Origin: a virus
DNA: 64,000 bases
IMG/VR virus record: IMGVR_UViG_3300016472_000923
Strand: one strand, 5' to 3'
The notes below the pieces were generated by a model. That model made no database searches. It saw only the letters and a list, made by a program, of their open reading frames with translations, and had not been told where the DNA came from. Below, piece after piece: positions 8,223-18,425 of the stretch. The translations under genes and the position numbers were made by a program. Numbering within the stretch: position 1 is the stretch's first letter; the number at the start of each line of letters is the position of its first letter.

Positions 8223-8494
8223 AGGGTCTGGTCTCGTAAAGAATTGCGCAGCTCGATTTCATTCATGATATCGGCTGTGCTCATCTTACTTAAACCAGTC
8301 CAACCACCCTCGACGAATAATTTATCATCCATGAATATCTGCGGCACAGTGCGCAGGCCTTTTTGAGTGATAAATTCTCGAGCCTCCGCATCATCCTCGA
8401 TGTTGATTTCTCGGAATTCGATATTTTTGGATTGTAAAAAGTTTTTTGCCTGCACGCAGTAGGGGCAAACAGTTTTTGAATATATGGTCAGCAT
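8219..8494 (-). CDS. grx: Glutaredoxin
   Basis: CPYC active site, RTVPQIF and GG motifs; next to the RNR genes. Confidence 0.93.
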   Translation of the reverse strand: MLTIYSKTVCPYCVQAKNFLQSKNIEFREINIEDDAEAREFITQKGLRTVPQIFMDDKLFVEGGWTGLSKMSTADIMNEIELRNSLRDQTL

Positions 8495-9621
8495 TACAAA
8501 GAAAGTCCTGATAGTGTTGAAGCATCGACATCCTGCTTGGTTCCGCCTATGACATAAGAAGTGATCTCAGTCTCTTGTGGTGCTACTTGTACTTCAGCAC
8601 CGGCGATCCATTTCTGCGTCCAGGGCAAAGGATTGGATCCCCCTTTGTATCTGTTGGGGATGCCGATGGCTGTCATGCGCTTGTGCGCGATCCATTCTAC
8701 ATAATCGCACAGCAGTTGTTTGTTGAGACCGATCATCGATCCGTCTTTAAACAGATATTCGGCCCAGCGCTCTTCCTGCTCCACAGCACCCTCATACATG
8801 GCCACTAGTTCATCCTGTGTTTCAGTTTTGATTTTTGCATAGTCAGGATCATCCTGTGGCAACAGTTTCAACAGCGTTTGAGTGAATCCAAGATGCACGT
8901 TCTCGTCGCGGGCGATAAGTTTAATAATCTTTGCGTTGCCCTCCATCTTCTTGAGCTCAGCGAACGCCCACGAACAAGCGAACGATACGTAGAATCTGAT
9001 GCCCTCGAGAACATTAACCGAGGCGATGGCCAGCCACAGTTTTTTCTTGAGTTCGTATTCAGAGATCGTGATGGTTTTTCCGTTGACTTCATGGCTACCT
9101 GCTCCTAACAGTTGATACCACTGGCTATATTGGATGAGATCATCGTAATATTTGGAGATGTCATTGCCGCAAGAGATGATGTCTTCGATGTTCAACATCT
9201 CGTCGAAGATCCTCGATGGATCGCTGTAGACATTGCGGATGATATGGGTATAACTGCGGCTATGGATGGTCTCGTTGAACGCCCAGGTCTCGATCCAGGT
9301 TTCTAGTTCAGGTAGGGTGGCCAACGGCAAGAAAGCGAGGTTGGGACTGCGACCTTGCACAGAGTCCAACAAGATCTGGCGCTTGAGATTGCTGGTAAAG
9401 ATGTGCTGTTCCCATGGTGTGAGATCTTTGAAGTCTTTGGCATCACGTAGCACATCCACTTCTTCTGGCCGCCAGAAGAAACCCAACTGCTTGTCTGTGA
9501 GTTTGTCAAACTGACGATACTTCAGTGTGTCATATCGTTGCATGCCCACACCACCCTGGGGATCCAGGAAAGCCAGACTCTTGGTATGGTCACGATTTTT
9601 TTTCAAATTTAATACTGACAT
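8494..9621 (-). CDS. nrdB: Ribonucleotide reductase class Ia beta subunit
   Basis: FFWRPEEV, ETIHSRSY, EGIRFYVSF, RDENVH and VAPQETEITSY motifs. Confidence 0.97.
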   Translation of the reverse strand: MSVLNLKKNRDHTKSLAFLDPQGGVGMQRYDTLKYRQFDKLTDKQLGFFWRPEEVDVLRDAKDFKDLTPWEQHIFTSNLKRQILLDSVQGRSPNLAFLPLATLPELETWIETWAFNETIHSRSYTHIIRNVYSDPSRIFDEMLNIEDIISCGNDISKYYDDLIQYSQWYQLLGAGSHEVNGKTITISEYELKKKLWLAIASVNVLEGIRFYVSFACSWAFAELKKMEGNAKIIKLIARDENVHLGFTQTLLKLLPQDDPDYAKIKTETQDELVAMYEGAVEQEERWAEYLFKDGSMIGLNKQLLCDYVEWIAHKRMTAIGIPNRYKGGSNPLPWTQKWIAGAEVQVAPQETEITSYVIGGTKQDVDASTLSGLSL

Positions 9622-9634
9622 TTTTTTTCTCTGA

Positions 9635-10306
9635 TCATAAATGTGGAACTAATTTATCGGCGATAAATTCTGCTATTTTTTTACGGCCCAATAAATTTGG
9701 ATGATTGTAACATGGTCTTATGTATTTTATAACTTGTTCATTGTTTGTAGACAACCAATCATTGAAGTCGCTGTTTCTAAAAATGCTAAACTGTGAAAAC
9801 CATTCTGCATCTAAAACATCCTGGACCATACACCGGTCAGGTGGTAAAAGCCAAACATTTGGTGGGATGGCATGCCATAGTGGATGTAGCCACTCGCTCT
9901 GATAGCTGACATTGAATATGTTCACAAACCATGGAGTGCATTTTCTTTCCTCACAAATTTTTATCAACATAAAACAAGTGATAGCAGATAACCAGCTGTC
10001 TTGATAATCATTCACCGCTCCTTTATTCTCATCAACAGGACAATCAACGATGTGTCCCTTGTAATCAAAATAAAATCTACGGCTGGGTGCTGACATAGAG
10101 AATACCGCATGGTCTTCTTGGCCTAAATTACTTTTAATCGCTATGTCAACCATTTTTAATTGACTCGATCCAGATATCGCATGATTTATCACTGGCCTGT
10201 TCAGCAGTTTGCCGACCATTGATGGATAACCAATGGGATTCTCTATCAACTTTTCAAAATCGTCTTCGATAGTCCAACTATCTCCAAAAAAATGTAATCT
10301 ATTCAT
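9635..10306 (-). CDS. SGNH/GDSL hydrolase-like protein inserted between nrdA and nrdB
   Basis: FFGDSW, NHAISGSS and HPNLLG blocks; AT-richer than its flanks. Probable start MNRLHF (track start 10330). Confidence 0.7.
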   Translation of the reverse strand: MNRLHFFGDSWTIEDDFEKLIENPIGYPSMVGKLLNRPVINHAISGSSQLKMVDIAIKSNLGQEDHAVFSMSAPSRRFYFDYKGHIVDCPVDENKGAVNDYQDSWLSAITCFMLIKICEERKCTPWFVNIFNVSYQSEWLHPLWHAIPPNVWLLPPDRCMVQDVLDAEWFSQFSIFRNSDFNDWLSTNNEQVIKYIRPCYNHPNLLGRKKIAEFIADKLVPHL

Positions 10307-10308
10307 TG

Positions 10309-12624
10309 TTATATTTTGCAGGAATCGCAATCAGCATCATCAACCTGGACAGAGGTGTCTGGGGCCTCGATCATGATCTGCTGGCGACCCATGCGATCCA
10401 CATCAATCTCACCCGATCCATCGTAGGTGTTGAAATAATACAGTTGCTTACCACCATACTTATAGAACATGATCATGTGTTTCAGCATCTCGCTCATGGG
10501 TATCTTTTCATCTTCGAAGAACTGAGGATTGTAACTGGTGTTCACTGATATGCCTTGGTCTATGTATTTCTGCAGAATGGCCATGATCTTCAAATAACCT
10601 TCGGGACTCCGCTGATCCCACAGCAGTTCATACTTATTCTTGAGACGACGGAACTCAGGAACTACCTGCTTGAGCACACCATCTTTGCTCTGCTTGATAG
10701 AAACATAACTGCGTGGAGGTTCCACACCGTTGGTGGAATTCGATATCTGTGCCGATGTCTCTGCGGGCATCAGGGCCATCAAGGTAGAATTGCGGATGCC
10801 GTGCTCGCGGAGTTGTTGCCGGAGTCCGGCCCAATCCACTGCATCTTGATGCGGCACTAGTTCATCCACGTCCTTCTTGTAAGTATCCACGGGCAAGATA
10901 CCGTCACCATAACGTGTTTCATCGCTCTTGGGGCAAGCACCAAACTCTCGGGCCAGATCAGATGATGCCTTGATCAAGTAATATGACCAGTGCTGGGCCC
11001 AACGATCTACTACGGCCAGTGCAGCCGGATCACTGTATGACAGATCATTCTTGGCTAGCCAGTAGGCCAGGTTGATTATGCCCACACCCAAGGGACGGCG
11101 ATTCTCTGTGGCGATCTGTGCGGCCAGGATGGGATAATTCTGATAACTCAGCAAGGCATCGAGACCACGCACGGCCAGGGTGCAAGCACGTTCCATGTCT
11201 TCGGGATCACGGAACACTCCCCAGTTGATGGCTGACAATGTGCATAGTGCGATCTCTCCATCTTTGTCATGAACATCATTCAAAGGTTTGGTTGGCAGGG
11301 TGATCTCACAGCAGAGGTTGCTCATTTTAATTGGCGCCAAATCTGGTTTGAATGAACCGTGAGTGTTGGCGTGATCAACATTTTGTAAGTAGATACGGCC
11401 AGTATCTTTGCGCTCTTGCATGAATGCAGTGAAAAGATCTATGGCTTTGAGTTTTTTCTTACGGAGTTTGGTGTTGCGTTCGGCTGTTTCATACAGTTCA
11501 CGGAAACGTTCCACATCAGTGAAAAAAGCTTCATACATCTCGGGCACATCGTGTGGTGAGAATAGAGTGATGTCACCGTTGCTCAACAGTCGTTCGTACA
11601 TGACCTTGTTGAATTGTACGCCATAGTCCATATGGCGTACACGGTTGTCTTCAGTGCCTTTGTTGTTTTTAAGGACCAACAGATCCTCTACTTCGAGATG
11701 CCAGATGGGATAATAGAGTGTGGCTGCACCATTGCGTACACCGCCTTGGCTACACGAGCGGGTGGCAGCCTGGAATAGTTTGTAGAAAGGAATGACCCCG
11801 GTGTGATACGCATCTCCGTTGCGTATGGGCGAGCCTATGGCGCGTATCCTGCTGGCGCCGATGCCGATACCTGCCTTTTGGCTTACATATTTCACTATGG
11901 AACTTGTTGTGGCATTGATGGAATCCAAGCTGTCTCCGGTCTCGATCAACACACATGAACTGAACTGGCGTTGTGGTGTGCGTACTCCGGCCATGACTGG
12001 TGTGGGCAGGCTGATCTGATGCGTGGAGATAGCATCATAATAATCTTTTACCCACATCATGCGTGTGTCGCGCGGATAACTGCTGAACAAGGTAGCAGCG
12101 ATCAAAGCATAGGCCACCTGCGGTGTTTCATAGATATCTTTGGTCACGCGATTCTGCACCAGATACTTGCCACGGAACTGTTCCATGGCTGCGTAGGTGA
12201 GATCATCGTCACGATCGTGTTTGATGAATGAGTTGATCTTGTCCCATTCTTCCTGGGTGTATGCTTTTAACAGGTCCGGATCGTAGAAACCTGCCTGCAC
12301 ATTCTGCTTGACCAGATCCAAGATATGCCAAGGATCAAACTGCCCATAGACCTGTTTGCGCAGGTGATAACAAATCAGCCGCCCGGCCACATATTGATAG
12401 TTCGGTGTATCTTCTGAAATGAGATCAGCTGCTGATTTGATCAGAGTTTCTTGTATGTCTGCAGTGCGGATGCCGTTGTAAAATTGTATGTGGCTTTTGA
12501 TTTCGACTTCGCTGGCGCTGACCCCTGTGATTCCTTCTGTGGCCCAAAATACTACTCGGTGTAATTTTTCTAGATCTAATACTTCTTTTGTTCCGTCTCT
12601 TTTTTGTACTTGTATCTGCGTCAT
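10309..12624 (-). CDS. nrdA: Ribonucleotide reductase class Ia alpha subunit
   Basis: ATP-cone (VQKRDG), QFSSCVL, SQGGVRNG, SNLCCEI and MPAETS motifs; C-terminal CDSC. Confidence 0.97.
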   Translation of the reverse strand: MTQIQVQKRDGTKEVLDLEKLHRVVFWATEGITGVSASEVEIKSHIQFYNGIRTADIQETLIKSAADLISEDTPNYQYVAGRLICYHLRKQVYGQFDPWHILDLVKQNVQAGFYDPDLLKAYTQEEWDKINSFIKHDRDDDLTYAAMEQFRGKYLVQNRVTKDIYETPQVAYALIAATLFSSYPRDTRMMWVKDYYDAISTHQISLPTPVMAGVRTPQRQFSSCVLIETGDSLDSINATTSSIVKYVSQKAGIGIGASRIRAIGSPIRNGDAYHTGVIPFYKLFQAATRSCSQGGVRNGAATLYYPIWHLEVEDLLVLKNNKGTEDNRVRHMDYGVQFNKVMYERLLSNGDITLFSPHDVPEMYEAFFTDVERFRELYETAERNTKLRKKKLKAIDLFTAFMQERKDTGRIYLQNVDHANTHGSFKPDLAPIKMSNLCCEITLPTKPLNDVHDKDGEIALCTLSAINWGVFRDPEDMERACTLAVRGLDALLSYQNYPILAAQIATENRRPLGVGIINLAYWLAKNDLSYSDPAALAVVDRWAQHWSYYLIKASSDLAREFGACPKSDETRYGDGILPVDTYKKDVDELVPHQDAVDWAGLRQQLREHGIRNSTLMALMPAETSAQISNSTNGVEPPRSYVSIKQSKDGVLKQVVPEFRRLKNKYELLWDQRSPEGYLKIMAILQKYIDQGISVNTSYNPQFFEDEKIPMSEMLKHMIMFYKYGGKQLYYFNTYDGSGEIDVDRMGRQQIMIEAPDTSVQVDDADCDSCKI

Positions 12625-12627
12625 ATT

Positions 12628-13053
12628 CTAACTCGTTAATTGTGGTAATGCCACGCTGGACAGCGTTTTAGTTATGTGAATTTGTTGGGATGAGATATTT
12701 AATATCTGACCTTGGCTCCAATTCAACACATATTTCCCATCATCGACCAGGACTAAATGTCGATCAGAAGTTTGCGCTAAAACGACAGTTGAGGCGATTC
12801 CAGACAAGTGTATAGTGTACACGATTCCCAGTGCGCGGGCAAGATCACAGAAATGATTTTCTTCTAACAATTGCCAAGGATCGGGCCATGTGCGCCAATC
12901 GTCCCAGTGCAGTCTGTATGGACACCAGGGCAAAGAGAACCACCAATCATTGATGGTCGTCAATGACATTTCTTTGGATCCAAGGGACTCTATAGACTCC
13001 CGTAGTCGTACCCAAGATTTCAATCTTTGGGCATATTCACTGGGCCACTTCAA
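12628..13053 (-). CDS. Hypothetical protein, possibly papain/transglutaminase-like
   Basis: WPDPWQLL..NHFCDLARALGI motif; overlaps the upstream stop. Confidence 0.55.
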   Translation of the reverse strand: MKWPSEYAQRLKSWVRLRESIESLGSKEMSLTTINDWWFSLPWCPYRLHWDDWRTWPDPWQLLEENHFCDLARALGIVYTIHLSGIASTVVLAQTSDRHLVLVDDGKYVLNWSQGQILNISSQQIHITKTLSSVALPQLTS

Positions 13054-14621
13054 GCGAGATGAGAAATACTATAGGTCAAGGAAACACTGTCGCCAGTGCT
13101 GCTGGTGTTGGCAGTGACCACTAGGGAATTGGCTGCGGTCTGCGCTGCAGAAAGGACCACACCTATATTGGTGGTTTCAACATAGTCATCAGTGAACACA
13201 GCGGTTCCCACACCAGCCGAAGTCACAGTCAACAGTCCATGGCGCACATTGCTATCGCGGACCATGGTATAATCCATGCTGAATGCCCGCACTAGATTGG
13301 GGTTGGTGGTAGCCACTGTGGTTCCCGAGCTGGCGTCGGGTATGCTGACAGTAAGGCCGTTGAGACGAGCATACCGACCTATTTGTAGTTCGGTGCCCGG
13401 CGCATCCGCGGCAGGTGAAGCGGTGGATACCGATACGCGAGCTACCTGATTGTTTTCGCTATCAGTGCGTGCAAACATATCACTGATGCTGGCGCAGGTA
13501 TCATTGGAAAATTGTATGACGGCAGTCACCGGCGAACCACTGAGTTCGTTTCCAACGTCGTAAAATATGTTATAGGCCGTGGCGCATAGACTGGCCTGGC
13601 CATAGACGACACCTTGTTCGTAGATGTTGTCAAAAAAGTTTCCAACCGCACGGAATCCAGTGGGTCCACCTGATACAGCAGTGGGATCGGCCAGCACGAT
13701 GCCTTGGTATAGATCATAAAATGCGCTGTTGCTGACCGTGACGCTGGCTATGGGCTGTGCTGTATTGATGCCATAGGTCAGGCCTTGCCAGCGACATTTG
13801 TCAAAAGTTATCTGTTCACAAACTCCGCTGAATTCAGTGCCGATGAGATTGGCAGCGGCCGAGGTAGGAGTAGTGCCCAAACTGCCGCGGAAATTGACTG
13901 AATCAAACCAGCACTGTGTGGCCTGGGCCACAAGAAATACTGATGAACTGGAGTCCAGAAGATTCTGGAAGGTGATACACGATATTTCGATGTTGCGCGG
14001 TAAAGTAGCACCATTGCTGCCAAGGTTGGCACCAGTCTGTTGTAAACTGTCCGCGTACTGTGCCACATAATCCACTAGGCCGCTGTCAAGAGGATCTGTC
14101 AGAGTGATGAAGGTACAGTCTGCACCTTCACCCACCAACTTGGCCCAGGTAGGTATGGCTATGGTTTCCGTGACGATGTAGGTACCGGCGGGGAAGTAAA
14201 GACTACGGCGGGTCTGTGTGTTGTTGGGTTCACGGCAGTACAATTGATACAATGCACGATTGATGGCATCAGTGTCATCAGTGACTCCGTCGCCCTGGGC
14301 ACCAAAGTCTCGCACCGATGCGAAATCATCCAGTTTGGCTGCTACTGTGCGCACCACCGGGGTGCTGGGTGTGGCTCCTGTTTGTGCGGAATAGCCAACC
14401 ACGGAATCAGTATAGGTGTATTCAGCCAAAGCAGTAATGTCACTGAATTGGGTCAGTATTTCGGTGTTGCCGATCACAGGAGCACCCTCTTCCAAGGTGC
14501 CATTACCGATGAACAATCTGCGACTATCTATGCACCAACCCAGTTCTGCACCTGCCAGCTGCGGTAGATTTTCAGTTAGACCTTTGCGATTGGTGATTCT
14601 TGATATCTGTACGATAGCCAC
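13050..14621 (-). CDS. Virion protein with a pectin-lyase-like beta-helix (tailspike/baseplate)
   Basis: N-terminal LPQLAGAELGW..D.RRLFIGNG; ASVRDFGAQGDGVTDDTDAINRA and YFPAGTY motifs; TAAATA late box upstream. Confidence 0.75.
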   Translation of the reverse strand: MAIVQISRITNRKGLTENLPQLAGAELGWCIDSRRLFIGNGTLEEGAPVIGNTEILTQFSDITALAEYTYTDSVVGYSAQTGATPSTPVVRTVAAKLDDFASVRDFGAQGDGVTDDTDAINRALYQLYCREPNNTQTRRSLYFPAGTYIVTETIAIPTWAKLVGEGADCTFITLTDPLDSGLVDYVAQYADSLQQTGANLGSNGATLPRNIEISCITFQNLLDSSSSVFLVAQATQCWFDSVNFRGSLGTTPTSAAANLIGTEFSGVCEQITFDKCRWQGLTYGINTAQPIASVTVSNSAFYDLYQGIVLADPTAVSGGPTGFRAVGNFFDNIYEQGVVYGQASLCATAYNIFYDVGNELSGSPVTAVIQFSNDTCASISDMFARTDSENNQVARVSVSTASPAADAPGTELQIGRYARLNGLTVSIPDASSGTTVATTNPNLVRAFSMDYTMVRDSNVRHGLLTVTSAGVGTAVFTDDYVETTNIGVVLSAAQTAANSLVVTANTSSTGDSVSLTYSISHLA

Positions 14622-14648
14622 GCTTGAATTCCTTGTTTGACCTGTTAT

Positions 14649-15362
14649 TTATGCGGTCAAGTAGTACTGCTCCAGCCGCTTCCACCATTGCTGTTCCCAA
14701 TGGTCAAAGTCCTGCTCTTCCAGCACGAATTCTTGATATTCAGGTGGTTTAGTGATGTTGAAGTTGGCATCAGTTTCGGGTTTTACACACATCAGTACCA
14801 CGCCTTTGCGTATTTTCGTACCATAGACCTCGTTGTGGGCCAGCGCATAGGCTGCTAACTGCAGGAAATAATCTTCGATCCACTCGCGTTTTTTTGGCTT
14901 GTTGGTCTGCTTGTAATCCAGTATGCTCTCGCTGCCAAGATGTATGCCTGCACCATCGGATGTTCCGGCATACAGACCTGGGAAATACAGGGGTATTTCT
15001 ACGCCCCAGAATTCCGATACATTTTTCAGTCCAGCATCGATCACGGTCATGGCCATGGCGTGGCTGGCCCATGAATAGGGATTGGAACCAGCTTCTTTGA
15101 GTTCACCTGTTTTGACATAGTGCTCAAGGTAAGTGTGCATCCTGGTACCACGATTGGCAGCTTCGGTGGTGATATGTTGGGCTTGCTCCGGGCCCACGCG
15201 CCGACGCCAGTTTTCCAGGGCCATGCGTTTTTCTTCGGGCTTGGTACGGTCAAGGATGGTAGTGACACTGGGCAATTTCTTACCATCGGGTGTGGCATAC
15301 AGTCGACGACCATCTTCTGTGGCCCGACTCAGTGGTTTATAGTCAAATCTAGGATTAATCAA
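14649..15362 (-). CDS. PD-(D/E)XK exonuclease (Cas4/RecB-like phage exonuclease)
   Basis: LPSVTTIL, RGTRMH, AGTSD, LDYKQ and QLAAY motifs. Confidence 0.85.
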   Translation of the reverse strand: MINPRFDYKPLSRATEDGRRLYATPDGKKLPSVTTILDRTKPEEKRMALENWRRRVGPEQAQHITTEAANRGTRMHTYLEHYVKTGELKEAGSNPYSWASHAMAMTVIDAGLKNVSEFWGVEIPLYFPGLYAGTSDGAGIHLGSESILDYKQTNKPKKREWIEDYFLQLAAYALAHNEVYGTKIRKGVVLMCVKPETDANFNITKPPEYQEFVLEEQDFDHWEQQWWKRLEQYYLTA

Positions 15363-15688
15363 ACTCGGAATGATTCGCCGCAGCCGCAGCGATCCTTTTC
15401 TTGGGGGTTGATAAACTCAAAACCTTCGTTGAGGCCTTTTTTCTGGAAATCTATGATCATACCATCTACATAGGCCAAGTGCTCAGGGTTGACATAGACT
15501 CTGACACCTTTGTCATCAAAGTGTGCCACACAGTGTTGCAGACCCTGCTCTTGGTCCACATACTCTAATGTATAGGCCAACCCGCTACAGCCGGTGGTGC
15601 GGACACCTACCTTGATGCCCAGTCCTCGACCGCGCCGGTGTATGGCCGATCTGATCTTTTCAGCGGCGATGTCAGTGACTGAGATCAT
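15359..15688 (-). CDS. iscA: Fe-S cluster assembly A-type carrier
   Basis: GCSGLAY and NP..CGCGESF motifs. Confidence 0.95.
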   Translation of the reverse strand: MISVTDIAAEKIRSAIHRRGRGLGIKVGVRTTGCSGLAYTLEYVDQEQGLQHCVAHFDDKGVRVYVNPEHLAYVDGMIIDFQKKGLNEGFEFINPQEKDRCGCGESFRV

Positions 15689-16061
15689 GTTTCTTGCGAT
15701 AGTCTTCGATGGCAGCCTTGATGGCGTCTTCGGCCAGGATCGAACAATGGATCTTCACAGGCGGCAAAGCCAGCTCATTGGCTATCTCTGTGTTCTTGAT
15801 AGTTGCTGCCTGATCAAGAGTTTTTCCCTTGACCCATTCGGTCACGAGACTGCTGGACGCGATGGCTGATCCGCAGCCGTAAGTTTTAAACCTTGCGTCT
15901 TCGATGATGCCGTCGTCGTTGACCTTGATCTGGAGTTTCATGACGTCTCCGCAAGCCGGCGCCCCCACCATACCAGTACCAACATTGGTATCTGCTTTGT
16001 CAAATGATCCCACGTTTCTTGGATTTTCATAGTGGTCCAAGACTTTATCACTATAAGCCAT
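15672..16061 (-). CDS. iscU: Fe-S cluster scaffold protein
   Basis: DHYENPRNVG, APACGD, YGCGSAIAS and LPPVKIHCS motifs. Confidence 0.97.
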   Translation of the reverse strand: MAYSDKVLDHYENPRNVGSFDKADTNVGTGMVGAPACGDVMKLQIKVNDDGIIEDARFKTYGCGSAIASSSLVTEWVKGKTLDQAATIKNTEIANELALPPVKIHCSILAEDAIKAAIEDYRKKHDLSH

Positions 16062-16079
16062 GACTTCCTCCTATGCTAG

Positions 16080-16108
16080 ATTATACAGAGCGAATACCCT
16101 GTTGTCAA
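16080..16108 (-). promoter_or_regulatory. Perfect consensus sigma70 promoter TTGACA-N17-TATAAT driving iscU-iscA
   Basis: Read directly; followed by SD AGGAGG. Confidence 0.88.
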
Positions 16109-16113
16109 TACTG

Positions 16114-16452
16114 CTATAAACCTTTTTTGGATGCCCGATCGGCCATAGAATCCACTGTTTTACGAGCCTGGTCCACTGTCATGGTATCCGTTACTGGTTC
16201 TTGGTCTGCCCCACGGAATATTATTTCCGTGGGTGTGACAGTTTGTATTATGGTTCTGAGAGGCGGTTGCTGGCTCATGGTTGTGAGATTCTCTGGGGTG
16301 AGACTGATACCCATGTTTTGAGCCAAATTGATGAAGGCACGGACCGAGATCTTTTTCTGGCTGTATGTGTCCTGTGAACGACCGATTAAAAACTGGCTGA
16401 GAGCCATGAGTTGTTCGGCGTCCGGGCTGTCAGTGACTTCCCGGATTTGCAT
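16114..16452 (-). CDS. Probable head-associated protein
   Basis: N-terminal MQIREV, a pattern shared with neighbouring late genes. Confidence 0.55.
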   Translation of the reverse strand: MQIREVTDSPDAEQLMALSQFLIGRSQDTYSQKKISVRAFINLAQNMGISLTPENLTTMSQQPPLRTIIQTVTPTEIIFRGADQEPVTDTMTVDQARKTVDSMADRASKKGL

Positions 16453-17282
16453 TATCTGCGCTCGCGACCTAGATCAGCAGCGCCTGCTTCAGCTTCGGGT
16501 TCCTCTTCGTCAGCAGGGAAAGTGGTATCTATGTCAAGATCCAATTCTTCTTCACCTGCTGGTGGAACAGCAGCAGGCATGGCCGCTGCATCAGCGCCCG
16601 GTACCACAGGAGCCTGTCCTGTTAAAATGCCTTGCGCACCTTCCATCTCTGTTTTGGCGCCTTGCACAGCAGTCAAGAGATTGGCCAAGGCAGCCGATGC
16701 TTGGCTCTGGAACTGGCTGGCCTGCTCCGTGCCGATTTCATTCTTTACTGCGTCGGTCACGGCTGGCACGTTCTTGAACTGCATCTCGGAAACTTCTTCC
16801 ATCATGTCTTGCAATTGATTGACCAGATCCTGGGCTGCCATGACGACTTGTGCTGTCTGGATCTCGCTGGCTTCCATGATACGACGCTCGCCGAGCTTTT
16901 TACCAGCAGCAGCGGCTTTTTGGAAACGCTCTTTGCCGTATTTCTTGCGGCCAATGGCAGCAGCCACGGCTTCAGGATCTCGGGCCGAGCCACCTTTTTT
17001 GATGGCAGCTACGGTTTTTTCGAAGCCCTGGTATTTTTCATCCAGTTGAGCTACCAAGGCTTGTTCCAGCATGACCAGCTTCATATAGTCGGGATTGCGC
17101 TCACTGAAGTGGCGGCTCACACTTGACTTGTGCTCGCGAAGCAGTCCTTGCACGCGATGCAGCATGTGGCGTGTTTGTGACTCAGAAAGTCGATCAAAAT
17201 CAACTTGAGATTCATACTGCCCGCGCAGTGTTTTAGCGATTTGTTCTGTGGGACGGCGTGCGCCCAATTCGTGAAGTTTCAT
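16452..17282 (-). CDS. Probable prohead core/internal protein
   Basis: Start MKLHEL with TAAATA and SD upstream (track start 17318); helical, acidic C-terminus; repeated L/I-x-E sites. Confidence 0.6.
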   Translation of the reverse strand: MKLHELGARRPTEQIAKTLRGQYESQVDFDRLSESQTRHMLHRVQGLLREHKSSVSRHFSERNPDYMKLVMLEQALVAQLDEKYQGFEKTVAAIKKGGSARDPEAVAAAIGRKKYGKERFQKAAAAGKKLGERRIMEASEIQTAQVVMAAQDLVNQLQDMMEEVSEMQFKNVPAVTDAVKNEIGTEQASQFQSQASAALANLLTAVQGAKTEMEGAQGILTGQAPVVPGADAAAMPAAVPPAGEEELDLDIDTTFPADEEEPEAEAGAADLGRERR

Positions 17283-17736
17283 TATTAAATCCTCGGATCT
17301 GCCAGTATTTAGCAACATTGACCCATTTATCTAGGTTCGTTTGTACCCAATGTAATCTTTGCCGACGGCTGGCAATTTTGGCATCGACAGATTCGCGCAC
17401 ATGGATGTCTTTGATACGAGATTTAAGATGAGAGCGAGTATCTATATCTGCGATCAACATGTCTCTTTCTCGGTCCAGTTGATGTATTTGCACGCTGACA
17501 TGCGATTGATGATGCTTTTCCGCGATACACCAGCTGAGTGCAGTCCTTGCAGACCCGAATTCCCGAGGATCTTTACGATCCTGCATGACCATCCATCCGT
17601 TTTGTTTTTTTGTGATTAGATACTGTTCAAACGCTAGATAATCATCACCCTGAGGTAATATGGCATCGGGTAAAATTTTCAGTAATTCTGGCTCCAGCAC
17701 CTGTTGGAGGCGGCGCAATTTGGCAGTGGTGTTCAT
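17233..17736 (-). CDS. Hypothetical protein
   Basis: 167-aa ORF in the operon. Confidence 0.6.
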   Translation of the reverse strand: MNTTAKLRRLQQVLEPELLKILPDAILPQGDDYLAFEQYLITKKQNGWMVMQDRKDPREFGSARTALSWCIAEKHHQSHVSVQIHQLDRERDMLIADIDTRSHLKSRIKDIHVRESVDAKIASRRQRLHWVQTNLDKWVNVAKYWQIRGFNNETSRIGRTPSHRTNR

Positions 17737-17996
17737 TTTATGACGAATGTCGCCAGTAGATAGCCTACTATGCCCACTAGAGATGCTATGATGGCCAGGC
17801 CCCAGCCCATGATTTGATCTGTGCGTTTTTCGCCCATGACTTGCACCATGTCATGTACTTCGCGGATGACAGATCCTTGGGTCTCGATCTTTTCGTCCAT
17901 GTGTCCCAGTTTTTGTTCTAGGAAACGGTAACGCTCGGCACATAATTCCACGTGTGCTTCCAGGCTTTTTTTCTCGATGTCTGTGGTGTCTGGCAT
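17733..17996 (-). CDS. Coiled-coil protein with C-terminal TM helix (XhlA/holin-like)
   Basis: LEAHVELCAERY coiled coil followed by IMGWGLAIIASLVGIVGYLLATFV. Confidence 0.55.
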   Translation of the reverse strand: MPDTTDIEKKSLEAHVELCAERYRFLEQKLGHMDEKIETQGSVIREVHDMVQVMGEKRTDQIMGWGLAIIASLVGIVGYLLATFVIK

Positions 17997-18002
17997 GATG
18001 AT

Positions 18003-18425
18003 TTATTTATGGGTCACAGGCTGGAAGCCAATGTTGCTACCGGGCTCCAGTGTCTGCGTCTGCCCAGGAGTTTCCCCCAGCCCAGTGATCATGGGCACAC
18101 CCAAACAGTCGCGTTCCAACGCGCCAAAAATCCCAGTACCCTCGGCGAATGCATCGTCCTGGTCTATCTCAAACACGAATTCCCAAATGCGCACATCACC
18201 GCTCTGGTCACACTGGCTGGTGGTGATAGAATGCGGCAAAGTTCTAAGGCTCAGCAGCTGATTGATGGTATCCCAGTTTCGTTGCTGATTGCGACTGTGA
18301 TGCCATTGTTGCTGGGTGGTGATATCTTGCCCTGCTTGATCTCGAAAAGGCAGTCGATTAATATTGAAATTATTTTTAACACCCGTGGTTGTTATATCAA
18401 AGGTGGTCCAGCACCGGATCCTCAA
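18003..18425 (-). CDS. Conserved phage hypothetical protein
   Basis: DITTTG, RNQQRNWDT and VPMITGLGET motifs. Confidence 0.65.
   Translation of the reverse strand: MRIRCWTTFDITTTGVKNNFNINRLPFRDQAGQDITTQQQWHHSRNQQRNWDTINQLLSLRTLPHSITTSQCDQSGDVRIWEFVFEIDQDDAFAEGTGIFGALERDCLGVPMITGLGETPGQTQTLEPGSNIGFQPVTHK

Noticed and set aside
8494-12624. Introns, inteins or a homing endonuclease in or between nrdA and nrdB (also checked terminase, helicase and uvsX)
   Set aside because: The proteins are normal length and uninterrupted. The intervening ORF has SGNH motifs, not HNH, GIY-YIG or LAGLIDADG.
13050-14621. Diversity-generating retroelement target
   Set aside because: No reverse transcriptase and no template/variable repeat pair was seen in the window.
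14649-15362. Cas4-like nuclease as a sign of a CRISPR-Cas system
   Set aside because: No repeat-spacer array or other cas gene was seen, and the Fe-S Cys set is absent. It is a standard phage PD-(D/E)XK exonuclease.
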